Positions 36,272 to 45,548 of a stretch of DNA of 64,000 nucleotides are shown here, one piece after another (position 1 is the stretch's first letter; every line of letters starts with the position of its first letter). The translations under genes and the position numbers were made by a program. The DNA comes from an uncultured Gemmatimonadaceae bacterium (GTDB lineage Bacteria; Gemmatimonadota; Gemmatimonadetes; Gemmatimonadales; Gemmatimonadaceae): the NCBI GenBank assembly GCA_963843845.1, contig CAWJMB010000002.1, positions 1,760,001 through 1,824,000 on the forward strand, given 5' to 3'. The notes beneath the pieces are model-generated. The model made no database searches, was not told where the DNA came from, and saw only the letters and a program-made list of their open reading frames with translations.

Positions 36272-36789
36272 GTGGCGATCGCGATCGTCGGGCACTCATC
36301 GTCGTGTTCGATCAGTGGACGAAGCACCTCGCGGTGCAGAACCTGGTGCCGCGACACATGCCGCACCCCGTCATCGGGGACGTCGTTCGCTTCACGCTGA
36401 CGTACAATCCGGGCGCCGCGTTCGGGATGCACCTGGGTGCCGCGTCGCGGTGGGTGTTCACGGTGCTGACGCTGCTGATCCTCGGCTTCCTGCTCCGGCT
36501 CTACGGTGGCACGCCGCGCGCCGACGTGCCGCTCCGCCTCGCCGTGGCGACGGTGATCGGCGGCGCGATCGGCAACCTCGTCGACCGGCTGCGTTCGCCC
36601 CTGGGGGTCGTCGACTTCATCGACGTCGGGGTGGGCGACGTGCGCTTCTGGACGTTCAACGTCGCGGATACCGCCGTGAGCCTCGGCGCCATCTGCCTCG
36701 TCGTGCTGCTGTGGCGGCGCGACGCGCAGGCGATGCGCGCCGAGCAGAGCGTCGCCGAGCGCGCGGAGGCCGAGCCGGCACCGCCGTGA
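36272..36789 (+). CDS. lspA: lipoprotein signal peptidase, copy 2 (start approximate)
   Basis: DQWTK, YNPGAAFG, GAIGNLVDRL, VVDFID, FNVADTAV. Confidence 0.88.
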
Positions 36790-36799
36790 GCGCGCAGCC

Positions 36800-37822
36800 G
36801 TGAGCGCGGGTCGACACGAGTTCGTCGTCGCTGACACCGCCCGAGACGTCCGGCTCGACGTCGCCGTCGCGGCCCGGCTCGGCCTGTCGCGCAATCAGGC
36901 GGCGACGCTGATCGCCGCCGGGCGCGTCCTCGTCGACGGCGCGCACGAGAAGGCGGGGTTCAGACTCCGCGGCACCGAGCGGATCGTCGCCGACGTCCCG
37001 CCTCCGCCCGGGCGCGATGTGATCGGTGAGTCGATTCCGGTCGCCGTCGTCTACGAAGACGAGCATCTCGTCGTCGTCGACAAGGCGGCGGGCATGGTGG
37101 TCCATCCGGCCCCGGGCAACTGGTCGGGAACGCTCGTGAACGCGCTCGTCGGTCGCGGACAGGAGCTCGCCCCCGGGAGCGCCGACGAGCGACCCGGCCT
37201 CGTGCATCGCCTCGACAAGGATACGAGCGGCCTGCTCGTCGTCGCGAAGAGCGACCGCGCCCACCGCCTGTTGAGCGCCGCGATCGCCGAGCGCCGCATC
37301 ACGCGGCGGTACGCGGCAGTGTGTTGGGGGCATCTCTCCGACGATCGCGTGACCGTCGACCGGCCGATCGGGCGCGACCCGCGCGACCGCAAGCGGATGG
37401 CGATCGTGCCGGCCGGCAAGGCGGCACGGACCGACTTCCTCCGCCTCGCACGCTTCGACGCCGGCGATCTCCTGCGCGCGCATCTCCACTCGGGACGGAC
37501 GCATCAGATCCGCGTTCATCTCGCGAGCGTCGGACACCCGGTGCTCGGTGACGACACGTACGGAGGCGGAGGCGGGCGCCGGCTCGTCGCCCTGCCGCCG
37601 AAGCGGCACTTCCTCCATGCCGCGTGGCTGCGCTTTCGCCACCCGATCACGAGCGCGCCGCTCGATCTGCGCTCCCCGTTGCCTGACGATCTGCGCACGT
37701 CGCTCGTCCGAATGAGCGAGGACCCGGCGGCGTCGGACGACGCCGACCCGCTGACTCGCTACGGATTCTATGACGACGACGACGATCGCGGAGCCGGAGA
37801 GCACGCCGGAGCCATACGATGA
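36800..37822 (+). CDS. RluA/RluD-family pseudouridine synthase
   Basis: S4 domain, DKAAGMVVHP, HRLDKDTSG, GRTHQIRVH, FLHA. Confidence 0.93.
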   Translation: MSAGRHEFVVADTARDVRLDVAVAARLGLSRNQAATLIAAGRVLVDGAHEKAGFRLRGTERIVADVPPPPGRDVIGESIPVAVVYEDEHLVVVDKAAGMVVHPAPGNWSGTLVNALVGRGQELAPGSADERPGLVHRLDKDTSGLLVVAKSDRAHRLLSAAIAERRITRRYAAVCWGHLSDDRVTVDRPIGRDPRDRKRMAIVPAGKAARTDFLRLARFDAGDLLRAHLHSGRTHQIRVHLASVGHPVLGDDTYGGGGGRRLVALPPKRHFLHAAWLRFRHPITSAPLDLRSPLPDDLRTSLVRMSEDPAASDDADPLTRYGFYDDDDDRGAGEHAGAIR

Positions 37823-38297
37823 GGACGACGCCGCCCACGTGATGCTCGCGCGCGTCGGCGTGACGCCGGTCGCGGTGCCGACGACGCAGCTGCGCGAGGT
37901 GATCCGCGCTCGCCCGGCGACACGCGTGCCGGGGACGCCCGGTTGGATTCGCGGGATCGTCGCCGTGCGCGGCGCGCTCGTCCCGGTCGCCGATCTCGCG
38001 TGGCGCGCGCACGCGCCAGTCTCGCTCGACGCGTCGCGCGACGGCGACGCCGTCTCCGCGCCGTGGCTCGCCCTCGTCGAGCACGACGGGCGCGCGGTAG
38101 CCATCGGCGTGACCGGCTTCGACGGCGTCTACCGTGTCGCCGCCGAGCTCCCGAGCGCCTCGCGCACGAGCGACACGTTGCCGCGGCGCGGGGCGGTGCG
38201 TCTTGCCACCGACGGAGTCGCCGAGTCCGGCGACGCGCGCGACGTCGACGTGCTCGACGTCGGCGCGCTCTTGGACCAGATCTTCGACGGAGAGTGA
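37770..38297 (+). CDS. cheW: CheW-like protein (divergent; start uncertain)
   Basis: LREVI, TRVPGTPGWIRGIVAVRGALVPVADL, VLDV. Confidence 0.8.
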   Translation: MTTTTIAEPESTPEPYDEDDAAHVMLARVGVTPVAVPTTQLREVIRARPATRVPGTPGWIRGIVAVRGALVPVADLAWRAHAPVSLDASRDGDAVSAPWLALVEHDGRAVAIGVTGFDGVYRVAAELPSASRTSDTLPRRGAVRLATDGVAESGDARDVDVLDVGALLDQIFDGE

Positions 38298-38300
38298 CGC

Positions 38301-38663
38301 GTGGGCAAGTCCGTACTGATCTGCGACGATGCCATCTTCATGCGGACGATGGTGAGTGACATCCTGACGCAGGCCGGATTCGACGTGGTCGGCGAGGCGG
38401 AGACCGGTGTGCAGGCGGTCGAGCAGTACCGCGCGCTGCGCCCCGACTTCGTGACGATGGACATCGTGATGCCCGAGATGGGCGGCATCGACGCGGTCCG
38501 CGAGATCGTGAAGCACGACCCGAGCGCGCGCGTGCTGATGTGCAGCGCGATGGGGCAGCAGGCGCTCGTCGTCGAGGCGATCCAGGCGGGCGCACGCGAC
38601 TTCGTCGTCAAGCCGTTCCAGCCGAGTCGCGTGCTCGAGGCGGTGTCGCGGATCCTCAACTGA
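38301..38663 (+). CDS. cheY: CheY response regulator
   Basis: LICDDAIFMR, MDIVMPEMGG, CSAMGQ, DFVVKPF (Thermotoga/Firmicute-like CheY). Confidence 0.93.
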   Translation: MGKSVLICDDAIFMRTMVSDILTQAGFDVVGEAETGVQAVEQYRALRPDFVTMDIVMPEMGGIDAVREIVKHDPSARVLMCSAMGQQALVVEAIQAGARDFVVKPFQPSRVLEAVSRILN

Positions 38664-38719
38664 CGGCGGCCGCGCGCGCAGGATGACCTTCGCGATGCCG
38701 CTGGCCGTCCGTTAGGCAG

Positions 38720-40384
38720 GTGCTCACGACGACGACCGCGCGGTACACCGCGCTCTTCGCGAGCGAGTCGCGCGAGCTGCTGCGCGGCGCGTCGCGAGCG
38801 CTCGCGTCGCTCGCGACCGATGCGCCGCGCGGCCTCGCCGGACGGCGGTCGGACGAGCAGGCGATCGACGCGGTGTTCCGCGCCGTCCACTCGCTGAAGG
38901 GGATGGCCGCGACGCTCGCGTTCGACGCGGTCGAGGCGCTCGCTCACGCGCTCGAATCGGTGCTGCACCGGGCGCGCGATGGTGCACTCACGGTCACTGG
39001 CGACGTCGTCGAGCGGCTGGTCCATGCGGTCGACGCGCTCGAGCGCGCGGTCGACGCAGCGCTCGTGGGAAGCAGCGCGGACGTGCGCGACGACGTCGCC
39101 CGGCTCGACGCGCTCGCCACCGAGCGCGAGCCGTTCGTCCCGCGCCGCGACGCACCGGGCGGTCGCGTCGAGCACGCTGGCGTCGCACGCTCCGACTCCT
39201 TCCGTTCGGACGTCCTCGCCTCGGCGGTGGTGCCACGCGAGACGCACGTCCGCGTCGCACGCGAGCGGCTCGACGTGTTGTTGAACGTGAGCAGCGAGCT
39301 GACCGTGCTCGGGTCGCGTCTGGCGAACGCCGTCCAGGGTGCCGCGGACCCGCGGCTCGCCGCTGTCACGAACGACGTAGTGCGGCTGATCGCGACGCTG
39401 CACGATGAGGTGCGCGAGGCACGGACGGCGCCGGTGGGAGAGGTGTTCGACCGTCTGCCGCGTGTCGTCCGCGAGTCCGCGCGCGATGCGGGCAAGCGCG
39501 TGGAGCTGTCGATCGAAGGGAGCGACGTCACGCTCGACCGCGGCATGCTCGAGGAGCTGACCGACCCGCTCGTGCATCTGTTGCGCAACGCTGTCGACCA
39601 TGGCGTCGAGCCGGCGAGCGTGCGCGTCGCCGCGGGCAAGGATGCGACCGGTCGCGTCACGATCCGCGCGGCGCGCGAACGAAACGCCGTGACGGTCGAG
39701 GTCCGCGACGACGGGGGCGGGATCGATCGCGCCCGCGTCGCGGCGCGCGCCGGGCTCGACGCCGCGCCGCTCGACGACTCGGCGCTCCTCGAGCTGATCG
39801 CGCGTCCCGGCTTCACGACCGCGTCGGTCGTCGGACGGCTGTCCGGGCGCGGCGTCGGCATCGACGCGGTGCGCGATCGCGTGCGTCGCCTCGGCGGGAG
39901 CTTCACGCTCGCGACGGAGCGGGGCCGGGGAAGCTGCTTCATGATCCGGCTCCCCCTCACGCTCGCCGTGACACGAGCGCTCGTCGTCCGCGTCGGGGGC
40001 GCCAGCTACGCCATCCCGATCACGCACGTCGTCGAGACGCTGTCGTGCGCGGACGCAGTCATGAACGAGTCGCTGACGTTGCTGCAGCACCGCGAGGCGG
40101 TGATCCCTGTCGTCCGACTCGTGCGAGCGCTGCGACAGGCGGCGCCGGACGAGGCTCCGGCCGACGACGACGCGGTGCCCGACGAAGCGGTCGTCGTCGA
40201 CGGCCCGTCCGGTCGCGCGGCGATGCTCGTCGACGCGATCGACGGGCAGGAGGCGTTCCTGGTGAAGCCGCTCCCGCCGTTGCGCGGGGCGTTCAGAATC
40301 TTCGGAGGGGTGACGACACTCGTCGATGGTACGCCCGCGCTCGTGCTCGACGTGCCGGCACTGCTCTCTCACGGCCCCGCATGA
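38720..40384 (+). CDS. cheA: CheA histidine kinase, compact, no P2 domain
   Basis: HPt FRAVHSLKGMA, HLLRNAVDHG, DDGGGID, PGFTT, GRGVGID, RLPLTLA, C-terminal CheW domain. Confidence 0.92.
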   Translation: MLTTTTARYTALFASESRELLRGASRALASLATDAPRGLAGRRSDEQAIDAVFRAVHSLKGMAATLAFDAVEALAHALESVLHRARDGALTVTGDVVERLVHAVDALERAVDAALVGSSADVRDDVARLDALATEREPFVPRRDAPGGRVEHAGVARSDSFRSDVLASAVVPRETHVRVARERLDVLLNVSSELTVLGSRLANAVQGAADPRLAAVTNDVVRLIATLHDEVREARTAPVGEVFDRLPRVVRESARDAGKRVELSIEGSDVTLDRGMLEELTDPLVHLLRNAVDHGVEPASVRVAAGKDATGRVTIRAARERNAVTVEVRDDGGGIDRARVAARAGLDAAPLDDSALLELIARPGFTTASVVGRLSGRGVGIDAVRDRVRRLGGSFTLATERGRGSCFMIRLPLTLAVTRALVVRVGGASYAIPITHVVETLSCADAVMNESLTLLQHREAVIPVVRLVRALRQAAPDEAPADDDAVPDEAVVVDGPSGRAAMLVDAIDGQEAFLVKPLPPLRGAFRIFGGVTTLVDGTPALVLDVPALLSHGPA

Positions 40385-41010
40385 CGACGACACTCGATCC
40401 GGTCCGCTCGCTCTCGCCGCTCCAGCTCGACGCGCTCCGCGAAGTCGCGAACATGGGCGCCGGGCACGCCGCGACCGCGCTCTCGCAGATGACGGGCGGT
40501 CGCATCATGATCAGCGTGCCCCGGCTGCATGTCGCACCGTTAGGCGCGCTGACGCCGCCGTTCGCCGGCGAACGCGAGGCGGTCGCCGCGGTCACGCTCG
40601 ACATGCTCGGTGACCTCACGGGGCGCACGATGCTGCTCTTCCCGAAGTCGACCGTGATGCGGCTTGCGGAGTTGATGCTGCGGAGGCCTGCCGGATCGTC
40701 CGTCGCGCTCGGCGAGCTGGAACGCTCCGCCGTGCGCGAGGCGGGGAACATCCTCAGCGGCGCGTACCTCAACGCGCTCGCCGACTTCATGGGCATGGTG
40801 TTGCTGCCGTCGCCGCCGCGTCTCGTCGTCGAGGCGTCGTCGTCGTTGCTCGCCGCCGGCGCGTTCGGCGCACAGGCGGCCGACTACGCGTTCGTGGTCG
40901 AGACGGAGTTTCTGCTGCACGACATCGCCGAGCAGTTGCACGGCTATTTCCTGCTGCTTCCGGACCCGGCGTCGCTCCACGCGATCCTGCGCGCCGTACG
41001 ACTCGCCTGA
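40381..41010 (+). CDS. cheC: CheC phosphatase
   Basis: DALREVANMGAGHAATALS and SAVREAGNILSGAYLNAL twin active-site motifs. Confidence 0.9.
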   Translation: MTTTLDPVRSLSPLQLDALREVANMGAGHAATALSQMTGGRIMISVPRLHVAPLGALTPPFAGEREAVAAVTLDMLGDLTGRTMLLFPKSTVMRLAELMLRRPAGSSVALGELERSAVREAGNILSGAYLNALADFMGMVLLPSPPRLVVEASSSLLAAGAFGAQAADYAFVVETEFLLHDIAEQLHGYFLLLPDPASLHAILRAVRLA

Positions 41011-41082
41011 CGGCGCGGAGCTCGTGCGACGATGGGTCGGCTCGCACCGGCTGCGCCGTGGACCAGTAGCGCTGTCGCACGC

Positions 41083-43797
41083 ATGACAGCGCAGGCGACC
41101 GACGCGCTCGACTCGCTCGTCCGGCGAACCGATCCGGCGGACCCCGGCGCGCAGAACAACCTCGGCGTCGCGCTGCTCGCGCGCGGCGATCGGGACCGCG
41201 CCGCCGCGGCGTTCTCGCGCGCGCTCGCGCTCGACCCGCGGATGACGCTCGCGCGCCGCAACCTCGACGCGGTCGACGGCCCGGCGCGGCGATCGCAGCG
41301 GATCGAGGCGCTGCGGGGCCGCCTTCGAGTCGACGCGGGGGACGTCGCCGCACGACGCGAGCTGGCCGAGCAGCTCGTCGACGCGGGCGACGTGCACGCC
41401 GCGCGGCGCGAGCTCGACGCGCTCGCGCGACGGGCGCCGGACGACCTGGCCACCTTCGTTCACGGCGCGCTGTGCGAGGAACGGCTCGGCGATCTCGACG
41501 CCGCGGAGGCGAGGCTGTGTGCCGCGCTCGCGCTCGGTCCCGATACGGTGGTGCCCCGCCTGCTGCTCGGCGAGCTGCACTACAAGCGCGGCCAGCCGGA
41601 ACGTGCGATCGTCGTGCTCGATGAGGCATGCGCGCTGGCGCCGGATTTCGCCGAGGCCCACTACGCACGCGGATTCGTGCTCGGCGAGCTGGGGCGAATC
41701 GACGAAGCCCACGACGCCCGCGAACGCGCCGTCGCGCTCAACACGGCACTCGGCCGCTCGGCGACGAACCTCGTCGTCGCGCCGACCGGACAGGCGACGC
41801 GGGCGCCGGTCTCGGCGGATGACGTTCCAGGGCTCCACGAGCAGACACACCTCGCGCTCGGCGGGGCATTCCGCGCGAAGGGCCTCCTGCAGGAGAGCAT
41901 CCGCGAGTATCGGCGCGCCGTGAGCGACGCTGCGTCTCGTGCGGTGGCGACCCGCGCGCTCGCGGAGCTGTATCTGCTGACCGGCGAGCTGGCCGCAGCG
42001 ACCGCCCAGTGGGCGACGCTGACCGCGATGTGCGACGACGACGCGAGCGCATGGCACGGGTCCGCGGTCACCGCGCACCTGTGCGGCGATCTCGAGACGG
42101 CCGACGCGGCCTACGGTCGCGCCGCTCAGCGCGCGACGAGGGCGCCGCACGTGGCCGACGCCGCGGATGTGCCCGGCGCCGCGCCGCATGCGACGGCCCT
42201 CGTCGCGATCGCGAACGACCACGCCGTGCTCTGGGCGGCGCGCGGCGACGTCGCGGCGGCGGTCGAGCGGCTGCGAGCCGTCGTGAGCGATCACGCTCCG
42301 CCCAACGTGGTACGCCTGAACTACGCGCAGCTCCTCGCCGTGAGCGGTGACACGACCGGTGCGCTCGCGCAGTATCGTGCCGCCGTCGAGGGCGATCCGC
42401 GCGACGCGGACGCGTGGGCCGCGCTCGGGTCGTCGCTCGCGCGCCTCGGGCGCGGCGCGGAGGCGCGCGTGGCACTCTCGCGCGCGCTCGACGTCGACCC
42501 GGAGCGGGCCGACGTCCGCTACGAGCTCGGGTTCCTCGCGGAAGGAGCGGGCGAGCACGGGACCGCGCTGCGCCAGGCCGAATCGGGAATGGCGCGCAGC
42601 GCGTACGTCGAGCGGCGTGCGCTCCGTCTCGCGATCAGCCTCGGCGGCGCCGCACTCGACGAGCGGGTGTTCGCCGCCGTCGACGATCGCCCCTTCGCCG
42701 CGCAGGCGCTGAGCGACGCGACAATCGACGCGCTGTTAGGCGGTGCGCTCGCACCGGACCGATCGCTCGCTTCCGCGCGCGATGCGGGGGGTGTCGTCGA
42801 TCGCTACGCGGTCGCGCGGGAGTTGCTGCGCGCGGGCATGCATCAACGCGCGATCGGCGTCGCGAGCGCCGCGCTCGCACAGGGTGCCGACCGCGTCGCC
42901 GGCCTCGTCCTGCTCGGCGATGCGTTCGCGTCGCAGGGATACTTCGGCGAGGCGCTGGAGCGCTACGCTGATGCACGGGCGGCGGATGGCACCTCGCGCG
43001 ACGCCCGCGTCGGCGAACTGCGCATGCTTCGCGAGACCGGCCGTCGCGACGAGGCGCTCACCGCGGCCGAGGCGCTCGTCGCCGCGCTCGGCGAGGCAGC
43101 GTGTACGGCCGATGCTAGCGAGCTCGCGCTGTGCTCCCTCGCGCATGCCGATGCGGGCGATGAGGCGACCGCGCGCGGTCTGCTCCGCCGCGCGTGCGCG
43201 CTCGCGGCGCGCGCCGGCGACTGGGCGACGATAGGCGCCGGCTGGCGCGCACTCGGCGATCACCGTCGCGAGGCGGCGGCGTACGCGACGGCGTGTCGAA
43301 CAGGAGACGCCGACGCATCGCTGCGGCTGGCGTGCGCGCGCGCCTGGCGCGCGGCAGGCTTCGACGACGAGGCGACGACCGTCCTCGCGGCGCTCGCGGC
43401 CGACGGGGACCCGTCGGCGCGACTCGAGCTCGCGGAGGTGCACACCGCGGCGGGGAATCCAGCGTCCGCGCGCAGCCTCCTCGCCGACCTCCTGAGTGGC
43501 GACCCGACACACGTCGACGCGCTCGCGGCGCTCGGCGCGCTGCTGTGCGACGAGCGGCGGTACGACGACGCGCGACGCGCGGTCGCTCGCGCGCTCCGCC
43601 TCGACCGGTCGCACGCGCTCGCCCTCGCGGTCGACGGCGATCTCCTCGCGAGCGCGGGGCGCGTCGAGCAGGCGCGAGGTCGCTGGCGCCAGGCCGTCGA
43701 CCTCGAACCCGCGTCGATCGGTGGCGCGCGCGCCCGCACCGCACTCGCTCGCCAGGACGCCGCACGACGCGACGAGTGTCGCCAGGAGGCCGCATGA
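41083..43797 (+). CDS. large TPR-repeat protein
   Basis: AQNNLGVAL, ALALDP, AEAHYARGFVLGELG, AWAALG repeats. Confidence 0.8.
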   Translation: MTAQATDALDSLVRRTDPADPGAQNNLGVALLARGDRDRAAAAFSRALALDPRMTLARRNLDAVDGPARRSQRIEALRGRLRVDAGDVAARRELAEQLVDAGDVHAARRELDALARRAPDDLATFVHGALCEERLGDLDAAEARLCAALALGPDTVVPRLLLGELHYKRGQPERAIVVLDEACALAPDFAEAHYARGFVLGELGRIDEAHDARERAVALNTALGRSATNLVVAPTGQATRAPVSADDVPGLHEQTHLALGGAFRAKGLLQESIREYRRAVSDAASRAVATRALAELYLLTGELAAATAQWATLTAMCDDDASAWHGSAVTAHLCGDLETADAAYGRAAQRATRAPHVADAADVPGAAPHATALVAIANDHAVLWAARGDVAAAVERLRAVVSDHAPPNVVRLNYAQLLAVSGDTTGALAQYRAAVEGDPRDADAWAALGSSLARLGRGAEARVALSRALDVDPERADVRYELGFLAEGAGEHGTALRQAESGMARSAYVERRALRLAISLGGAALDERVFAAVDDRPFAAQALSDATIDALLGGALAPDRSLASARDAGGVVDRYAVARELLRAGMHQRAIGVASAALAQGADRVAGLVLLGDAFASQGYFGEALERYADARAADGTSRDARVGELRMLRETGRRDEALTAAEALVAALGEAACTADASELALCSLAHADAGDEATARGLLRRACALAARAGDWATIGAGWRALGDHRREAAAYATACRTGDADASLRLACARAWRAAGFDDEATTVLAALAADGDPSARLELAEVHTAAGNPASARSLLADLLSGDPTHVDALAALGALLCDERRYDDARRAVARALRLDRSHALALAVDGDLLASAGRVEQARGRWRQAVDLEPASIGGARARTALARQDAARRDECRQEAA

Positions 43798-44474
43798 CGG
43801 CGACGCGCGACAGCGCGGACGGTTCGAGCGCGCCGGACACGCTCATCGAAGGCTCGTTGCGGGACGTCCCGTTGGCGGATGTTCTGCAGTTGCTCGCCCG
43901 CGGCCGGCGAGACGTCGAGGTGAGGGTCGCGCACGGCACGTCGGCGGCGCGCGGCGTCGTGCTGTTGCGACGCGGCCGCGTCGTCGGCGCCGAGTTGCGC
44001 ACGCCGTCGTGGACGGAGCGCGACGTCACGGCCGTCGCGATGGAGCTGCTCCGCTGGACGAGCGGCCGCGTTCATGCGCAGCCCGCGACGTGCGCCGAGA
44101 CGGACGACGGCGCGGTGACGATGACCGTCGACGCACTGCTTCTCGACGCCGCGCACGCCGCCGACGAGTGGGCACGCCTCGGCGATCGAGTCACTGACGC
44201 CTCGGCCACGCCGACGCTGCGCGCGACGGCCGCACACGCCGCGATCGCATGGTCGCCGCTCGAGTGGCAGGTCGTCGCGTACGCCGACGGTGCACGCGAC
44301 CTCCGCGGGATCGCCGGATGCGCGGGCGTTCACGTGCTCGACGTCGCGCGCGCGGTGTACCGGTTGATCGGCGACGGCGTGCTCGTCCTCGTGGGCCCGG
44401 CGTCGCCTGACGAGATCCCTGGACCGAACGGGGCGACCGTGCCGTGTGGCGGCGCTGCGTCGTCTGCTAGCTGA
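43794..44474 (+). CDS. DUF4388 (PatA_N-like) domain protein
   Basis: IEGSLRDVPLADVLQLL, LLRWTSG, LLLDAA..DEW, C-terminal wHTH-like segment. Confidence 0.78.
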   Translation: MTATRDSADGSSAPDTLIEGSLRDVPLADVLQLLARGRRDVEVRVAHGTSAARGVVLLRRGRVVGAELRTPSWTERDVTAVAMELLRWTSGRVHAQPATCAETDDGAVTMTVDALLLDAAHAADEWARLGDRVTDASATPTLRATAAHAAIAWSPLEWQVVAYADGARDLRGIAGCAGVHVLDVARAVYRLIGDGVLVLVGPASPDEIPGPNGATVPCGGAASSAS

Positions 44475-44487
44475 CCGGAGACGCTCA

Positions 44488-45090
44488 GTGCCCCTCGTCA
44501 ACTACGTCACGCGCGAGATCACCTGCAAGATCGTCTACTACGGGCCGGGACGGTCCGGGAAGACGACGAACTTGCGTTGCATTCACGGACAGCTCCCGGC
44601 GGATCGCGCAGGGCGCATGGTCTCGCTCGCGACCGAGGGGGACCGCACGCTGTTCTTCGACTTCCTCCCCGTCGACCTCGGCGTCGTCGCCGGGTTCGCG
44701 ACGCGCTTCCAGCTGTACACCGTGCCCGGTCAGTCGTACTACGCGGCGACGCGGCGGCTCGTCCTCCAGGGCGCCGACGCCGTGGTGTTCGTCGCCGACA
44801 GCCGCCGCCGTCAGCTCGACGAGAACGTCGAGAGCTTCCAGGATCTGCACGAACACCTCGCTTCCTACGGCGTCGACCCGCGCGAGGTGCCGCTCGTGCT
44901 GCAATACAACAAGCAGGACCTGCCGCGCGAGATCGCCGCCGATCCGGCGGAGCTCGCGGAGCTGCTGAACTTCCGGGGCGTCCCCGAGTACGCGTCCGAC
45001 GCATCTCGCGGCACCAACGTCTTCGAGACGATGCGCGCGGCGTGCGGTGCCGTGCTGCGCCGGCTGGCGAAGCCCGCGCAGGCCGCCTGA
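44488..45090 (+). CDS. mglA: MglA-family small Ras-like GTPase
   Basis: KIVYYGPGRSGKTTNL, RTLFFDFLP, YTVPGQ, GADAVVFVADS, QYNKQD. Confidence 0.92.
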   Translation: MPLVNYVTREITCKIVYYGPGRSGKTTNLRCIHGQLPADRAGRMVSLATEGDRTLFFDFLPVDLGVVAGFATRFQLYTVPGQSYYAATRRLVLQGADAVVFVADSRRRQLDENVESFQDLHEHLASYGVDPREVPLVLQYNKQDLPREIAADPAELAELLNFRGVPEYASDASRGTNVFETMRAACGAVLRRLAKPAQAA

Positions 45091-45092
45091 CG

Positions 45093-45542
45093 ATGTCGGC
45101 CGTGGCCGCGCTCGGCGCGCGAGACGTCGCCGTCGACTTCTCCGGGTTCGTCGACGAGATCGCGCGCGAGCTCACCGCGTCGGTCGCGACGTGGCGCGTG
45201 CGGATCGGCGAGGCGGCGGCCCACTGGAGCGCCGCCGGAATGGACGTGCGTGTGCTCGAGCGCGCGCTCCGCCTCGCGACGCCCCCCGACGTCGACGCGC
45301 TGCTCGCGACCTACGACTCCGCAGCCGCGCGCTGCCAGGCCCTCGCCGCTGCCGTCGCCGAGTCCGACGCGGCGCTCGCGCGACACCCGGCGTTCAGCGA
45401 CCCGGCGCGCCTGGCGGAGGCCGAGGTGCTGGCGGCCCGCGCCGCGTCGTCGGCAGCGTCACCCGCGTCCATCGTCGACCCGGAGAGCTGGGTCGTCGAA
45501 TGGCCGTACGTGGCCGACTTCCTGATCGACGAGTGGAGCTGA
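45093..45542 (+). CDS. hypothetical protein, 149 aa
   Basis: tightly packed in the operon; ends DPESWVVEWPYVADFLIDEWS. Confidence 0.65.
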   Translation: MSAVAALGARDVAVDFSGFVDEIARELTASVATWRVRIGEAAAHWSAAGMDVRVLERALRLATPPDVDALLATYDSAAARCQALAAAVAESDAALARHPAFSDPARLAEAEVLAARAASSAASPASIVDPESWVVEWPYVADFLIDEWS

Positions 45543-45548
45543 GGCGAG

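Noticed and set aside
37770..37822. Long rluA/cheW overlap as a functional dual-coding region
   Set aside because: Low-complexity GAC-repeat tail and an uncertain cheW start (could be about 37839-37842)
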